Positions 37,821 through 48,006 of a stretch of DNA of 64,000 bases are shown piece after piece; positions within the stretch are counted from its first letter, which is position 1, and the number at the start of each line of letters is the position of its first letter. A program made the translations under genes and the position numbers. Origin of the DNA: a phage; sequence record PZ534512.1; one strand, written 5' to 3'. The notes below the pieces were generated by a model, which saw only the letters and a program-made list of their open reading frames with translations, did not search any database and had not been told where the DNA came from.

Positions 37821-38007
37821 CATTAATGATGAATTCATAGCAAACATTGATTATACCGAAGAAGATTCTAGATATGTTGGAATAATTTATATTACATCAA
37901 AAACAGCACAAGGCGTTGTTTGCATGGCTGAATTTGATGAATACTTTTTAGATTATGATGATATGATAGAATGGTCTAAAAGATACATTAAAAGGAATCT
38001 TTTGTGA
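37792..38007 (+). CDS. hypothetical protein (71 aa)
   Basis: first in-frame ATG; stop overlaps gene 46 start. Confidence 0.4.
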   Translation: MHTVKFSTFDINDEFIANIDYTEEDSRYVGIIYITSKTAQGVVCMAEFDEYFLDYDDMIEWSKRYIKRNLL

Positions 38008-39686
38008 AGAATTTTAAACTAAACCGAGTTAGGTATCAAAATATAATGTCAGTAGGTGGAAATCCTATTGACATTCAACTAGATAAGGTTCAAAAAACTC
38101 TTATTACTGGCCGAAATGGCGGTGGTAAGTCTACTATGTTAGAAGCCATCACATTTGGGCTTTTTGGCAAACCATTTCGTGATGTAAAGAAAGGTCAATT
38201 AATAAACAGCACAAATAAGAAAGAACTTTTAGTTGAACTGTGGATGGAATATGATGAGAAAAAGTACTATATCAAAAGAGGACAAAAACCAAACGTTTTC
38301 GAAATCACCGTTAACGGTACACGTCTTAATGAATCTGCCAGCAGTAAAGATTTCCAAGCAGAATTTGAACAGCTTATCGGAATGTCATATGCCAGTTTCA
38401 AGCAGATTGTTGTCCTTGGTACAGCAGGGTATACCCCTTTCATGGGTTTGTCGACCCCTGCGCGAAGAAAGCTTGTGGAAGACCTGCTCGAGGTAGGAAC
38501 ATTAGCTGAAATGGATAAGCTTAATAAAGCACTAATACGTGAATTAAATTCGCAGAACCAAGTGCTTGATGTTAAAAAAGATAGTATTATCCAACAAATT
38601 AAAATATATAATGATAACGTTGAACGCCAGAAAAAATTAACGGGTGACAACCTTACTCGTCTGCAAAATATGTACGATGATTTGGCAAAAGAAGCTAGAA
38701 CGCTAAAATCGGAAATAGAAGAAGCTAATGAAAGATTAGTTAATATTGTTTTGGATGAAGACCCGACTGATGCATTTAATAAAATCGGTCAAGAAGCAGT
38801 TTTAATTAAATCAAAAATTGACTCATATAATAAAGTCATTAATATGTATCACGAAGGTGGATTATGTCCAACCTGTTTGTCGCAATTAAGTTCCGGTGAT
38901 AAAGTTGTTTCTAAAATTAAAGATAAAGTTTCTGAATGCACGCATTCGTTTGAACAGCTTTCAACACATCGTGATAATTTAAAAGTTCTTGTTGATGAAT
39001 ACCGAGATAATATTAAAACCCAGCAGTCGTTGGCAAATGATATTCGCAATAAAAAGCAATCTCTAATCACGACGGTAGATAAAGCTAAAAAAGTTAAAGC
39101 GGCTATAGAAAAAGCATCTTCTGAGTTTATTGACCATGCTGATGAAATAGCACTGCTTCAAGAAGAACTTGATAAAATTGTTAAGACAAAAACTAATTTA
39201 GTAATGGAAAAATATCACCGAGGAATTTTGACTGATATGCTCAAAGATTCTGGTATTAAAGGTGCTATTATTAAAAAGTACATTCCATTATTTAATAAGC
39301 AGATTAACCATTATCTTAAAATAATGGAAGCGGATTATGTGTTTACATTAGATGAAGAATTTAATGAGACAATTAAATCCCGTGGTCGTGAAGATTTTAG
39401 TTATGCTTCATTCAGTCAAGGTGAAAAAGCGCGAATTGATATTGCTCTTTTATTTACTTGGCGTGATATTGCTGAAAAAGTTTCAGGTGTTAAAATAAAC
39501 ACACTAATTCTTGATGAAGTTTTTGATTCAGCGACCGACGTTGAAGGTGTAAAAGCTATTTCAACTATTTTAGATAGTTTAAAAAATACTAATGTTTTTG
39601 TTATTTCGCATAGAGACCATGACCCACAAGCATACGGTCAGCATCTTCAAATGAAGAAAGTTGGTCGATTTACTGTAATGGTTTAA
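38004..39686 (+). CDS. 46: recombination endonuclease subunit gp46 (Rad50/SbcC-like ATPase)
   Basis: 560 aa; Walker A GRNGGGKST; zinc hook CPTC; apparent GTG start overlapping upstream stop. Confidence 0.93.
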   Translation: MKNFKLNRVRYQNIMSVGGNPIDIQLDKVQKTLITGRNGGGKSTMLEAITFGLFGKPFRDVKKGQLINSTNKKELLVELWMEYDEKKYYIKRGQKPNVFEITVNGTRLNESASSKDFQAEFEQLIGMSYASFKQIVVLGTAGYTPFMGLSTPARRKLVEDLLEVGTLAEMDKLNKALIRELNSQNQVLDVKKDSIIQQIKIYNDNVERQKKLTGDNLTRLQNMYDDLAKEARTLKSEIEEANERLVNIVLDEDPTDAFNKIGQEAVLIKSKIDSYNKVINMYHEGGLCPTCLSQLSSGDKVVSKIKDKVSECTHSFEQLSTHRDNLKVLVDEYRDNIKTQQSLANDIRNKKQSLITTVDKAKKVKAAIEKASSEFIDHADEIALLQEELDKIVKTKTNLVMEKYHRGILTDMLKDSGIKGAIIKKYIPLFNKQINHYLKIMEADYVFTLDEEFNETIKSRGREDFSYASFSQGEKARIDIALLFTWRDIAEKVSGVKINTLILDEVFDSATDVEGVKAISTILDSLKNTNVFVISHRDHDPQAYGQHLQMKKVGRFTVMV

Positions 39687-39741
39687 TTTATAAGAGATTA
39701 TGCTTTAATTTATTAGAGTATAATCTCTATGGAGGAAAAAC

Positions 39742-39930
39742 ATGGAATATTCAACTGGACAGCATTTATTAACTTTTCCTGAAATAAAACGATATATTCT
39801 GAGAAATAATTTTTCTAATGAAGAGCATATAGTTACTGAATCTATGCTTAGGAATGCATTTAAAGCAGAATATACAAAAATAATGTCCAATAGAAATGAA
39901 GCTTGGACTGTTACTGATTATTATGACTAA
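39742..39930 (+). CDS. hypothetical protein (62 aa)
   Basis: strong GGAGGAAAAAC RBS. Confidence 0.5.
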   Translation: MEYSTGQHLLTFPEIKRYILRNNFSNEEHIVTESMLRNAFKAEYTKIMSNRNEAWTVTDYYD

Positions 39931-39939
39931 AGGTGTATT

Positions 39940-40329
39940 ATGACTAAAATTACTGTGAATTATACTGTTGATGTAAAAGATATTCAGCCAAAACACGTGC
40001 GTTCTGACTCAAATCCGCAAAACCAAAATAAAATTCGTCGAGCATGGGTTTTGTCTCTTTCTGATAACGCAATGGAAGTTATTCAGAACAAAATTAAATC
40101 TGCACCTGCTCGTCATGCGTATTATGAAGCTATCGATCGTGAAGTAAGTAATAAATGGATTGAACTAATGCGCAAACATACTACAGAATCCCTAAACGCC
40201 GGTGCTAAATTTATTATGACTTCATGTGGTGAACGTCTTGAAGATGATTATTGCGGTAATGCAGATGAACGTCTAATTGTTGCTGCTCAAATTGTTGCGG
40301 AAACAATTGCGGCTGATTTTAATCGTTAA
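39940..40329 (+). CDS. rpbA: RNA polymerase binding protein RpbA
   Basis: 129 aa; position immediately upstream of gene 45 as in T4. Confidence 0.75.
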   Translation: MTKITVNYTVDVKDIQPKHVRSDSNPQNQNKIRRAWVLSLSDNAMEVIQNKIKSAPARHAYYEAIDREVSNKWIELMRKHTTESLNAGAKFIMTSCGERLEDDYCGNADERLIVAAQIVAETIAADFNR

Positions 40330-40355
40330 TTGCTTTATTAAATTAGTTATAAAAT
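40330..40355 (+). promoter_or_regulatory. MotA-dependent middle promoter candidate for gene 45
   Basis: MotA box TTGCTTTA, 12 nt spacer, TAAAAT. Confidence 0.5.
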
Positions 40356-40384
40356 TAAATCTCATTTGAATTGAAGGAAATTAC

Positions 40385-41071
40385 ATGAAACTGTCTAAAG
40401 ATACTACTGCTCTGCTCAAAAATTTCGCTACTATTAACTCTGGTATTATGCTTAAATCCGGTCAATTTATTATGACTCGCGCAGTTAATGGTACAACTTA
40501 CGCGGAAGCAAATATTTCTGACACTATTGATTTTGATGTAGCAATTTACGATTTGAACGGTTTTCTCGGTATTCTGTCTCTAGTTAATGATGATGCAGAA
40601 ATTTCCCAGTCAGAAGATGGAAATATTAAAATTGCTGATGCCCGTTCAACAATTTTTTGGCCAGCAGCCGATCCGAGTACAGTAGTTGCTCCTAATAAAC
40701 CAATTCCATTCCCGGTAGCATCTGTTGTTACCGAAATTAAAGCTGAAGACCTTCAACAGCTGTTGCGTGTATCTCGCGGTCTGCAGATTGATACAATTGC
40801 TATCACGGTAAAAGAAGGTAAAATCGTAATTAACGGTTTTAATAAAGTAGAAGATTCTGCTCTGACCCGCGTTAAATATTCTTTGACTCTTGGTGATTAT
40901 GATGGTGAAAATACATTTAATTTCATTATCAATATGGCAAATATGAAAATGCAACCAGGAAATTATAAACTTCTGCTCTGGGCAAAAGGTAAACAAGGTG
41001 CTGCTAAATTTGAAGGTGAACACGCGAATTATGTAGTAGCTCTTGAAGCTGATTCTACCCATGATTTTTAA
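40385..41071 (+). CDS. 45: sliding clamp gp45
   Basis: 228 aa; GAAGGAAATTAC RBS; T4 order 45-44-62-regA. Confidence 0.95.
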   Translation: MKLSKDTTALLKNFATINSGIMLKSGQFIMTRAVNGTTYAEANISDTIDFDVAIYDLNGFLGILSLVNDDAEISQSEDGNIKIADARSTIFWPAADPSTVVAPNKPIPFPVASVVTEIKAEDLQQLLRVSRGLQIDTIAITVKEGKIVINGFNKVEDSALTRVKYSLTLGDYDGENTFNFIINMANMKMQPGNYKLLLWAKGKQGAAKFEGEHANYVVALEADSTHDF

Positions 41072-41074
41072 TAG

Positions 41075-41090
41075 AGGGCTTCGGCCCTTT
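41075..41090 (+). terminator. UUCG-loop hairpin (attenuator/stability element)
   Basis: agggc-ttcg-gccct then tt. Confidence 0.45.
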
Positions 41091-41122
41091 ATAATTTACA
41101 CTAAAACTTGAATGAGGAAATT

Positions 41123-42082
41123 ATGATTACCGTAAATGAAAAAGAACACATTCTTGAACAGAAATATCGTCCATCTACTATCGATGAATGTATTCTTCCC
41201 GCCTTTGATAAAGAAACCTTTAAATCTATTACAAGTAAAGGTAAGATTCCACATATTATTCTTCATTCTCCTTCTCCAGGAACAGGTAAAACAACTGTAG
41301 CAAAAGCATTGTGTCATGATGTAAATGCTGATATGATGTTTGTGAATGGGTCAGATTGTAAAATTGATTTCGTTCGTGGTCCTTTGACTAATTTTGCCAG
41401 CGCCGCTTCATTTGATGGTCGTCAAAAAGTAATCGTTATTGATGAATTTGACCGTTCAGGTTTAGCAGAATCTCAGCGACATCTTCGTTCCTTTATGGAA
41501 GCTTACAGCTCAAACTGTAGTATTATTATTACTGCTAACAATATTGATGGTATTATTAAACCGCTTCAGTCACGCTGCCGAGTTATCACATTCGGTCAAC
41601 CGACCGATGAAGATAAAATTGAAATGATGAAGCAGATGATTCGTCGGTTGACCGAAATCTGTAAACATGAAGGTATTGCTATAGCTGATATGAAAGTTGT
41701 AGCAGCTTTGGTTAAAAAGAATTTTCCTGATTTTCGTAAAACTATTGGCGAGCTCGATAGTTATTCATCTAAAGGTGTTTTGGATGCTGGTATTTTATCA
41801 CTGGTTACTAACGATCGTGGTGCTATTGATGATGTTCTTGAGTCTCTCAAAAATAAAGATGTTAAACAACTCAGAGCTTTAGCACCAAAATATGCAGCCG
41901 ATTATTCGTGGTTCGTAGGTAAACTTGCCGAAGAAATCTATTCACGTGTAACTCCACAGAGTATTATTCGTATGTACGAAATTGTCGGCGAAAATAATCA
42001 GTATCATGGTATTGCAGCTAATACTGAATTGCATTTAGCTTATCTTTTCATTCAATTAGCATGCGAAATGCAGTGGAAGTGA
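41123..42082 (+). CDS. 44: clamp loader large subunit gp44
   Basis: 319 aa from MITVNEKEH; Walker A PSPGTGKT; SRC motif. Confidence 0.95.
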
Positions 42083-42083
42083 T

Positions 42084-42647
42084 ATGAGCTTATTTGAAGA
42101 TGATATTCAATTAAACGAGCATCAAGTTGCTTGGTATTCAAAAGATTGGACAGCTGTCCAATCCGCTGCTGATTCTTTTAAAGAAAAAGCTGAAAATGAA
42201 TTTTTTGAAATAATTGGAGCTATTAATAATAAAACTAAATGCTCTATTGTTCAAAAAGATTATTCAAAATTCATGGTTGAAAATGCATTGTCACAATTTC
42301 CAGAGTGCATGCCAGCTGTATATGCTATGAATTTAATTGGATCAGGCTTAAGTGATGAAGCCCATTTTAATTATCTAATGGCTGCAGTTCCTCGTGGTAA
42401 AAGATATGGTAAATGGGCAAAACTAGTTGAAGATTCCACCGAAGTATTGATTATTAAGTTACTTGCTAAGCGGTATCAAGTTAATACAAATGATGCAATT
42501 AACTATAAATCAATTCTTACTAAAAATGGAAAACTTCCTTTAGTATTAAAAGAACTAAAAGGTTTAGTCACGGATGATTTTTTGAAAGAAGTGACTAAGA
42601 ACGTAAAAGAACAGAAACAACTCAAAAAACTAGCATTGGAATGGTAA
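42084..42647 (+). CDS. 62: clamp loader small subunit gp62
   Basis: 187 aa; coupled to gene 44. Confidence 0.93.
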   Translation: MSLFEDDIQLNEHQVAWYSKDWTAVQSAADSFKEKAENEFFEIIGAINNKTKCSIVQKDYSKFMVENALSQFPECMPAVYAMNLIGSGLSDEAHFNYLMAAVPRGKRYGKWAKLVEDSTEVLIIKLLAKRYQVNTNDAINYKSILTKNGKLPLVLKELKGLVTDDFLKEVTKNVKEQKQLKKLALEW

Positions 42648-42648
42648 A

Positions 42649-43017
42649 ATGATTGAAATTACTCTTAAAAAACCTGAAGATTTTCTGAAAGTAAAAGAAA
42701 CTTTGACTCGTATGGGAATTGCTAATAATAAAGATAAAGTTCTGTATCAGTCCTGTCATATTCTTCAGAAAAAAGGACTATACTATATCGTTCATTTTAA
42801 AGAAATGCTTCGTATGGATGGCCGTCAAGTTGAAATGACAGAAGAAGATGAAGTTCGTCGTGATTCGATTGCATGGCTATTAGAAGATTGGGGACTGATT
42901 GAAATCGTTCCTGGTCAAAGAACTTTTATGAAAGATTTAACTAATAACTTCCGAGTTATTTCTTTTAAACAAAAACATGAATGGAAACTCGTTCCTAAAT
43001 ATACGATTGGTAATTAA
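42649..43017 (+). CDS. regA: translational repressor RegA
   Basis: 122 aa; coupled to gene 62. Confidence 0.93.
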   Translation: MIEITLKKPEDFLKVKETLTRMGIANNKDKVLYQSCHILQKKGLYYIVHFKEMLRMDGRQVEMTEEDEVRRDSIAWLLEDWGLIEIVPGQRTFMKDLTNNFRVISFKQKHEWKLVPKYTIGN

Positions 43018-43027
43018 GGTAAATTAT

Positions 43028-43264
43028 ATGACACAATCAGAGATTCAGTTTACCGAAGCTTTTCTAATATTCGAAAATCTAAAACAAACATATGGTCTGT
43101 CTTCTACCCAACTGGTTTTTGACCTCCCGGAAGATAAACAAATAGAATTCCAAAAAGAATTCCAACGATTAGTTTACCCACGCCAACGCGCATTTCATGC
43201 GATTATCAAAACCACAAATACAGATGGCAAGTCCGTTATATCGCGTCGTACAATAGAAATTTAA
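43028..43264 (+). CDS. hypothetical protein (78 aa)
   Basis: internal ATG after AAGG RBS. Confidence 0.45.
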   Translation: MTQSEIQFTEAFLIFENLKQTYGLSSTQLVFDLPEDKQIEFQKEFQRLVYPRQRAFHAIIKTTNTDGKSVISRRTIEI

Positions 43265-43268
43265 AGCA

Positions 43269-43290
43269 AAGGGGCTTCGGCCCCTTATTT
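43269..43290 (+). terminator. UUCG-loop hairpin terminator
   Basis: aaggggc-ttcg-gcccctt. Confidence 0.55.
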
Positions 43291-43344
43291 GGAGTATAAT
43301 ATATCAAGAGCCTAATAACTCGGGCTATAAACTAAGGAATATCT

Positions 43345-46041
43345 ATGAAAGAATTTTATATCTCTATTGAAACAGTCGGAAATAATATTGTTGAACGTTA
43401 TATTGATGAAAATGGAAAGGAACGTACTCGTGAAGTAGAATATCTTCCAACTATGTTTAGGCATTGTAAGGAAGAGTCAAAGTACAAAGACATCTATGGT
43501 AAAAACTGCGCTCCTCAAAAATTTCCATCAATGAAAGATGCTCGAGATTGGATGAAACGAATGGAAGACATCGGTCTCGAAGCTCTCGGTATGAACGATT
43601 TTAAACTCGCTTATATCAGTGATACATACGGTTCAGAAATTGTTTATGACCGAAAATTTGTTCGTGTAGCTAACTGTGACATTGAGGTTACTGGTGATAA
43701 ATTTCCTGACCCAATGAAAGCTGAATATGAAATTGATGCTATCACTCATTACGATTCAATTGACGATCGTTTTTATGTTTTCGACCTTTTGAATTCAATG
43801 TACGGTTCAGTATCAAAATGGGATGCAAAGTTAGCTGCTAAGCTTGACTGTGAAGGTGGTGATGAAGTTCCTCAAGAAATTCTTGACCGAGTAATTTATA
43901 TGCCATTTGATAATGAGCGTGATATGCTCATGGAATATATTAATCTCTGGGAACAGAAACGACCTGCTATTTTTACTGGTTGGAATATTGAGGGGTTTGA
44001 CGTTCCATATATTATGAATCGCGTTAAAATGATTCTGGGTGAACGCAGTATGAAACGCTTCTCTCCAATCGGTCGAGTAAAATCTAAACTAATTCAAAAT
44101 ATGTACGGCAGCAAAGAAATTTATTCTATTGATGGTGTATCTATTCTTGATTATTTAGATTTGTACAAGAAATTTGCTTTTACTAATTTGCCGTCATTCT
44201 CTTTGGAATCAGTTGCTCAACATGAAACCAAAAAAGGTAAATTACCATACGACGGTCCTATTAATAAACTTCGTGAGACTAATCATCAACGATACATTAG
44301 TTATAACATCATTGACGTAGAATCAGTTCAAGCAATTGATAAAATTCGCGGGTTTATCGATCTAGTTTTAAGTATGTCTTATTACGCTAAAATGCCTTTT
44401 TCTGGTGTAATGAGTCCTATTAAAACTTGGGATGCTATTATTTTTAACTCATTGAAAGGTGAACACAAGGTTATTCCTCAACAAGGTTCGCACGTTAAAC
44501 AAAGTTTTCCGGGTGCATTTGTATTTGAACCTAAACCAATTGCTCGTCGATATATTATGAGTTTTGACTTGACGTCTCTGTATCCGAGCATTATTCGTCA
44601 GGTTAACATTAGTCCTGAGACTATTCGTGGTCAGTTTAAAGTTCATCCAATTCATGAATATATCGCAGGAACAGCTCCTAAACCGAGTGATGAATATTCT
44701 TGTTCTCCGAATGGATGGATGTATGATAAGCATCAAGAAGGTATCATTCCAAAGGAAATCGCTAAAGTATTTTTCCAGCGTAAAGATTGGAAAAAGAAAA
44801 TGTTCGCTGAAGAAATGAATGCCGAAGCTATTAAAAAGATTATTATGAAAGGCGTAGGGTCTTGTTCAACTAAACCTGAAGTTGAACGATATGTTAAGTT
44901 CAGTGATGATTTCTTAAATGAACTATCGAATTATACTGAATCTGTTCTCAATAGTTTGATTGAAGAATGTGAAAAAGCGGCTACACTTGCTAATACAAAT
45001 CAGCTGAACCGTAAAATTCTTATTAACAGCCTTTACGGTGCTCTTGGTAATATTCATTTCCGTTACTATGATTTGCGAAATGCTACTGCTATCACAATTT
45101 TCGGCCAAGTTGGTATTCAGTGGATTGCTCGTAAAATTAATGAATATCTGAATAAAGTATGCGGAACTAATGGCGAAGATTTCATTGCAGCAGGTGATAC
45201 TGATTCGGTATATGTTTGTGTAGATAAAGTTATTGAAAAAGTTGGTCTTGACCGATTCAAAGAGCAGAACGATTTAGTTGAATTCATGAATCAGTTCGGT
45301 AAGAAAAAGATGGAACCTATGATTGATGTTGCATATCGTGAGTTATGTGATTATATGAATAACCGCGAGCATCTGATGCATATGGACCGTGAAGCTATTT
45401 CTTGCCCTCCACTTGGTTCAAAGGGCGTTGGTGGATTTTGGAAAGCGAAAAAGCGTTATGCTCTGAACGTATATGATATGGAAGATAAGCGATTTGCTGA
45501 ACCGCATCTAAAAATCATGGGTATGGAAACTCAGCAGAGTTCAACACCAAAAGCAGTGCAAGAAGCTCTCGAAGAAAGTATTCGTCGTATTCTTCAGGAA
45601 GGTGAAGAGTCTGTCCAAGAATATTACAAGAACTTCGAGAAAGAATATCGTCAACTTGACTATAAAGTTATTGCTGAAGTAAAAACTGCGAACGATATAG
45701 CGAAATATGACGATAAAGGTTGGCCAGGATTTAAATGTCCGTTCCATATTCGTGGTGTGCTAACTTATCGTCGAGCTGTTAGCGGTTTAGGTGTAGCTCC
45801 AATTTTGGATGGAAATAAAGTAATGGTTCTTCCATTACGTGAAGGAAATCCATTTGGTGACAAGTGCATTGCTTGGCCGTCGGGCACAGAACTTCCAAAA
45901 GAAATTCGTTCTGATGTACTGTCTTGGATTGACTACTCAACTTTGTTCCAAAAATCGTTTGTTAAACCGCTTGCGGGTATGTGTGAATCGGCTGGTATGG
46001 ACTATGAAGAAAAAGCTTCGTTAGACTTCCTGTTTGGCTGA
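43345..46041 (+). CDS. 43: DNA polymerase gp43 (family B, 3'-5' exonuclease)
   Basis: 898 aa; exo motifs; polymerase motifs DxxSLYPS and YGDTDS. Confidence 0.97.
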   Translation: MKEFYISIETVGNNIVERYIDENGKERTREVEYLPTMFRHCKEESKYKDIYGKNCAPQKFPSMKDARDWMKRMEDIGLEALGMNDFKLAYISDTYGSEIVYDRKFVRVANCDIEVTGDKFPDPMKAEYEIDAITHYDSIDDRFYVFDLLNSMYGSVSKWDAKLAAKLDCEGGDEVPQEILDRVIYMPFDNERDMLMEYINLWEQKRPAIFTGWNIEGFDVPYIMNRVKMILGERSMKRFSPIGRVKSKLIQNMYGSKEIYSIDGVSILDYLDLYKKFAFTNLPSFSLESVAQHETKKGKLPYDGPINKLRETNHQRYISYNIIDVESVQAIDKIRGFIDLVLSMSYYAKMPFSGVMSPIKTWDAIIFNSLKGEHKVIPQQGSHVKQSFPGAFVFEPKPIARRYIMSFDLTSLYPSIIRQVNISPETIRGQFKVHPIHEYIAGTAPKPSDEYSCSPNGWMYDKHQEGIIPKEIAKVFFQRKDWKKKMFAEEMNAEAIKKIIMKGVGSCSTKPEVERYVKFSDDFLNELSNYTESVLNSLIEECEKAATLANTNQLNRKILINSLYGALGNIHFRYYDLRNATAITIFGQVGIQWIARKINEYLNKVCGTNGEDFIAAGDTDSVYVCVDKVIEKVGLDRFKEQNDLVEFMNQFGKKKMEPMIDVAYRELCDYMNNREHLMHMDREAISCPPLGSKGVGGFWKAKKRYALNVYDMEDKRFAEPHLKIMGMETQQSSTPKAVQEALEESIRRILQEGEESVQEYYKNFEKEYRQLDYKVIAEVKTANDIAKYDDKGWPGFKCPFHIRGVLTYRRAVSGLGVAPILDGNKVMVLPLREGNPFGDKCIAWPSGTELPKEIRSDVLSWIDYSTLFQKSFVKPLAGMCESAGMDYEEKASLDFLFG

Positions 46042-46054
46042 TAGAATAAATCTA

Positions 46055-46075
46055 GGGACCTCCGGGTCCCTTTTT
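46055..46075 (+). terminator. hairpin terminator
   Basis: gggacc-tccg-ggtccc then ttttt. Confidence 0.75.
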
Positions 46076-46158
46076 CATACAAGTAATATAAATCTATACT
46101 TATGAAAAACAGATGATTCTGGACCTTTAGAATTCCCTAAAAAATTTTTCACAAAACT

Positions 46159-46188
46159 GTTTACAAGACTGTTCCTCTGTGGTACTAT
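46159..46188 (+). promoter_or_regulatory. T4-type early promoter with conserved leader
   Basis: aaaatttttcacaaaactGTTTAC-N18-TACTAT then acaactatcaactactgatacag. Confidence 0.7.
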
Positions 46189-46225
46189 ACAACTATCAAC
46201 TACTGATACAGATTTGGAGAATAAA

Positions 46226-46462
46226 ATGAAAATTGTTATGGGATGCTTAGCAATTTGTTTAGTTGCATTAGCAGCAGTTCCATTTGTTAGTGTTGAAAAT
46301 GATACTCAACCTGTGATTGAATCTAGCACCGTTATTCACACTAATGGTAAAATATCAGTTAAAATTGATGATAATCTTCATGTGAATACAAATGGATCTT
46401 TAGGTGTGCAAATGGGTAATACCTGCATAAGCACTACTGGAGTAATTACTACTTGCATTTGA
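46226..46462 (+). CDS. secreted/membrane small protein (78 aa)
   Basis: ORF-track start is TTG; ATG 46226 has GGAGAATAAA RBS; signal-like N-terminus. Confidence 0.5.
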   Translation: MKIVMGCLAICLVALAAVPFVSVENDTQPVIESSTVIHTNGKISVKIDDNLHVNTNGSLGVQMGNTCISTTGVITTCI

Positions 46463-46472
46463 GGAAATTATT

Positions 46473-46853
46473 ATGAAAATCGCTATTTTGGTTATTGCAT
46501 TAGGTCTTACTGGTTGTGTAGCTCAAGGACCGGTAGTAAATCAGTCTGATGTAGGAAAAATTGTAAACTGTTCAAGCAAATTTTATAATCCTAATGTCAA
46601 GTGTTATAAAGAAGCTCCAAAGCAAACAGTCGAACAAATGCAGGCGAATTTTGACGAAGCTATTCGTCCAGATGAATCTGCTCAAGCATATCGTAATTCT
46701 GATGTAATTACACGCGAAGAAAAAATTGAAAACTACTGCGCCGAAATTTGGGCTAATTGGGCTAATAATTACCAATGGCGTACTGGTAAAAATGCTCCGA
46801 TGGAGTATGTAGTGAATTCTTATAATTCATGTGTAAAAAATTTGACTAAGTGA
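46473..46853 (+). CDS. lipoprotein (126 aa)
   Basis: lipobox LTGC after signal peptide. Confidence 0.55.
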   Translation: MKIAILVIALGLTGCVAQGPVVNQSDVGKIVNCSSKFYNPNVKCYKEAPKQTVEQMQANFDEAIRPDESAQAYRNSDVITREEKIENYCAEIWANWANNYQWRTGKNAPMEYVVNSYNSCVKNLTK

Positions 46854-46860
46854 GGAAAAC

Positions 46861-47112
46861 ATGGAAACTTTAGTAGCAGGTTCAATTTTTATGGTTTTAG
46901 TTTCAGGCGTGTTGGCTATTATTATATACATGCTTCCATGGTTTATCGCCTTGATGCGTGGGTCAAAATCGACAGTAGGAATCTTTTTCACATCTTTACT
47001 GTTTAACTGGTCAATTATTGGTTGGTTTATTACATTTATTTGGTCAATTGCGGGTGAAACTAAAAAGTCTGCACAACCAAATCAGGTAATTATCATCAGA
47101 GAGAAGGAATGA
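46861..47112 (+). CDS. imm: superinfection immunity protein Imm
   Basis: 83 aa, two TM helices, between 43 and 42 as in T4. Confidence 0.8.
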   Translation: METLVAGSIFMVLVSGVLAIIIYMLPWFIALMRGSKSTVGIFFTSLLFNWSIIGWFITFIWSIAGETKKSAQPNQVIIIREKE

Positions 47113-47258
47113 AAAGCAAAATTATAGCAGTGTTGCTTTTAATCTTGATGATTATAATAAGTATATACTATAGTGTAACGGTTCCTCTTATGATTCCAAC
47201 TATTATTTTAGGTTGGGGTTTATTACTGTTACAAGTTAAATATGAATGTATCAATTGA
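47109..47258 (+). CDS. 49-aa hydrophobic peptide
   Basis: ATGA overlap with imm stop; two hydrophobic stretches. Confidence 0.35.
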   Translation: MKSKIIAVLLLILMIIISIYYSVTVPLMIPTIILGWGLLLLQVKYECIN

Positions 47259-47265
47259 GGTTTAA

Positions 47266-48006
47266 ATGATTAGTGACTCTATGACAGTTGAAGAAATCCG
47301 TCTTCATTTGGGGCTTGCATTAAAAGAAAAAGATTTCGTAGTTGATAAAACCGGTGTTAAAACTATTGAAATTATTGGCGCATCATTTGTAGCAGATGAA
47401 CCGTTTATTTTTGGCGCTCTTAATGATGAATACATTCAGCGTGAACTTGAATGGTATAAATCTAAGAGCTTGTTTGTTAAAGATATTCCAGGTGAAACAC
47501 CAAAGATTTGGCAGCAGGTAGCATCTTCTAAAGGCGAAATTAACTCGAATTATGGTTGGGCTATTTGGTCAGAAGATAACTATGCCCAGTATGATATGTG
47601 TTTAGCTGAACTTGGTCAAAATCCTGATTCTCGACGTGGTATCATGATTTATACTCGTCCATCTATGCAGTTTGACTATAATAAAGATGGTATGTCAGAT
47701 TTCATGTGTACGAATACCGTACAGTATCTGATTCGTGACAAGAAAGTCAATGCAGTAGTAAGCATGCGCTCAAATGACGTGGTCTTCGGATTCCGTAATG
47801 ATTATGCATGGCAAAAATACGTATTAGATAAATTAGTATCTGATTTGAATGCAGGCGATTCAACTCGTCAGTATAAAGCAGGTTCTATTATATGGAATGT
47901 TGGAAGTCTTCATGTATATTCTCGTCATTTTTACTTGGTTGATCATTGGTGGAATACTGGCGAAACTCATATTGTGAAAAAAGATTATAACGGTGAGTGG
48001 AAATGA
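47266..48006 (+). CDS. 42: dCMP hydroxymethylase gp42
   Basis: 246 aa; thymidylate-synthase-like fold motifs. Confidence 0.93.
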   Translation: MISDSMTVEEIRLHLGLALKEKDFVVDKTGVKTIEIIGASFVADEPFIFGALNDEYIQRELEWYKSKSLFVKDIPGETPKIWQQVASSKGEINSNYGWAIWSEDNYAQYDMCLAELGQNPDSRRGIMIYTRPSMQFDYNKDGMSDFMCTNTVQYLIRDKKVNAVVSMRSNDVVFGFRNDYAWQKYVLDKLVSDLNAGDSTRQYKAGSIIWNVGSLHVYSRHFYLVDHWWNTGETHIVKKDYNGEWK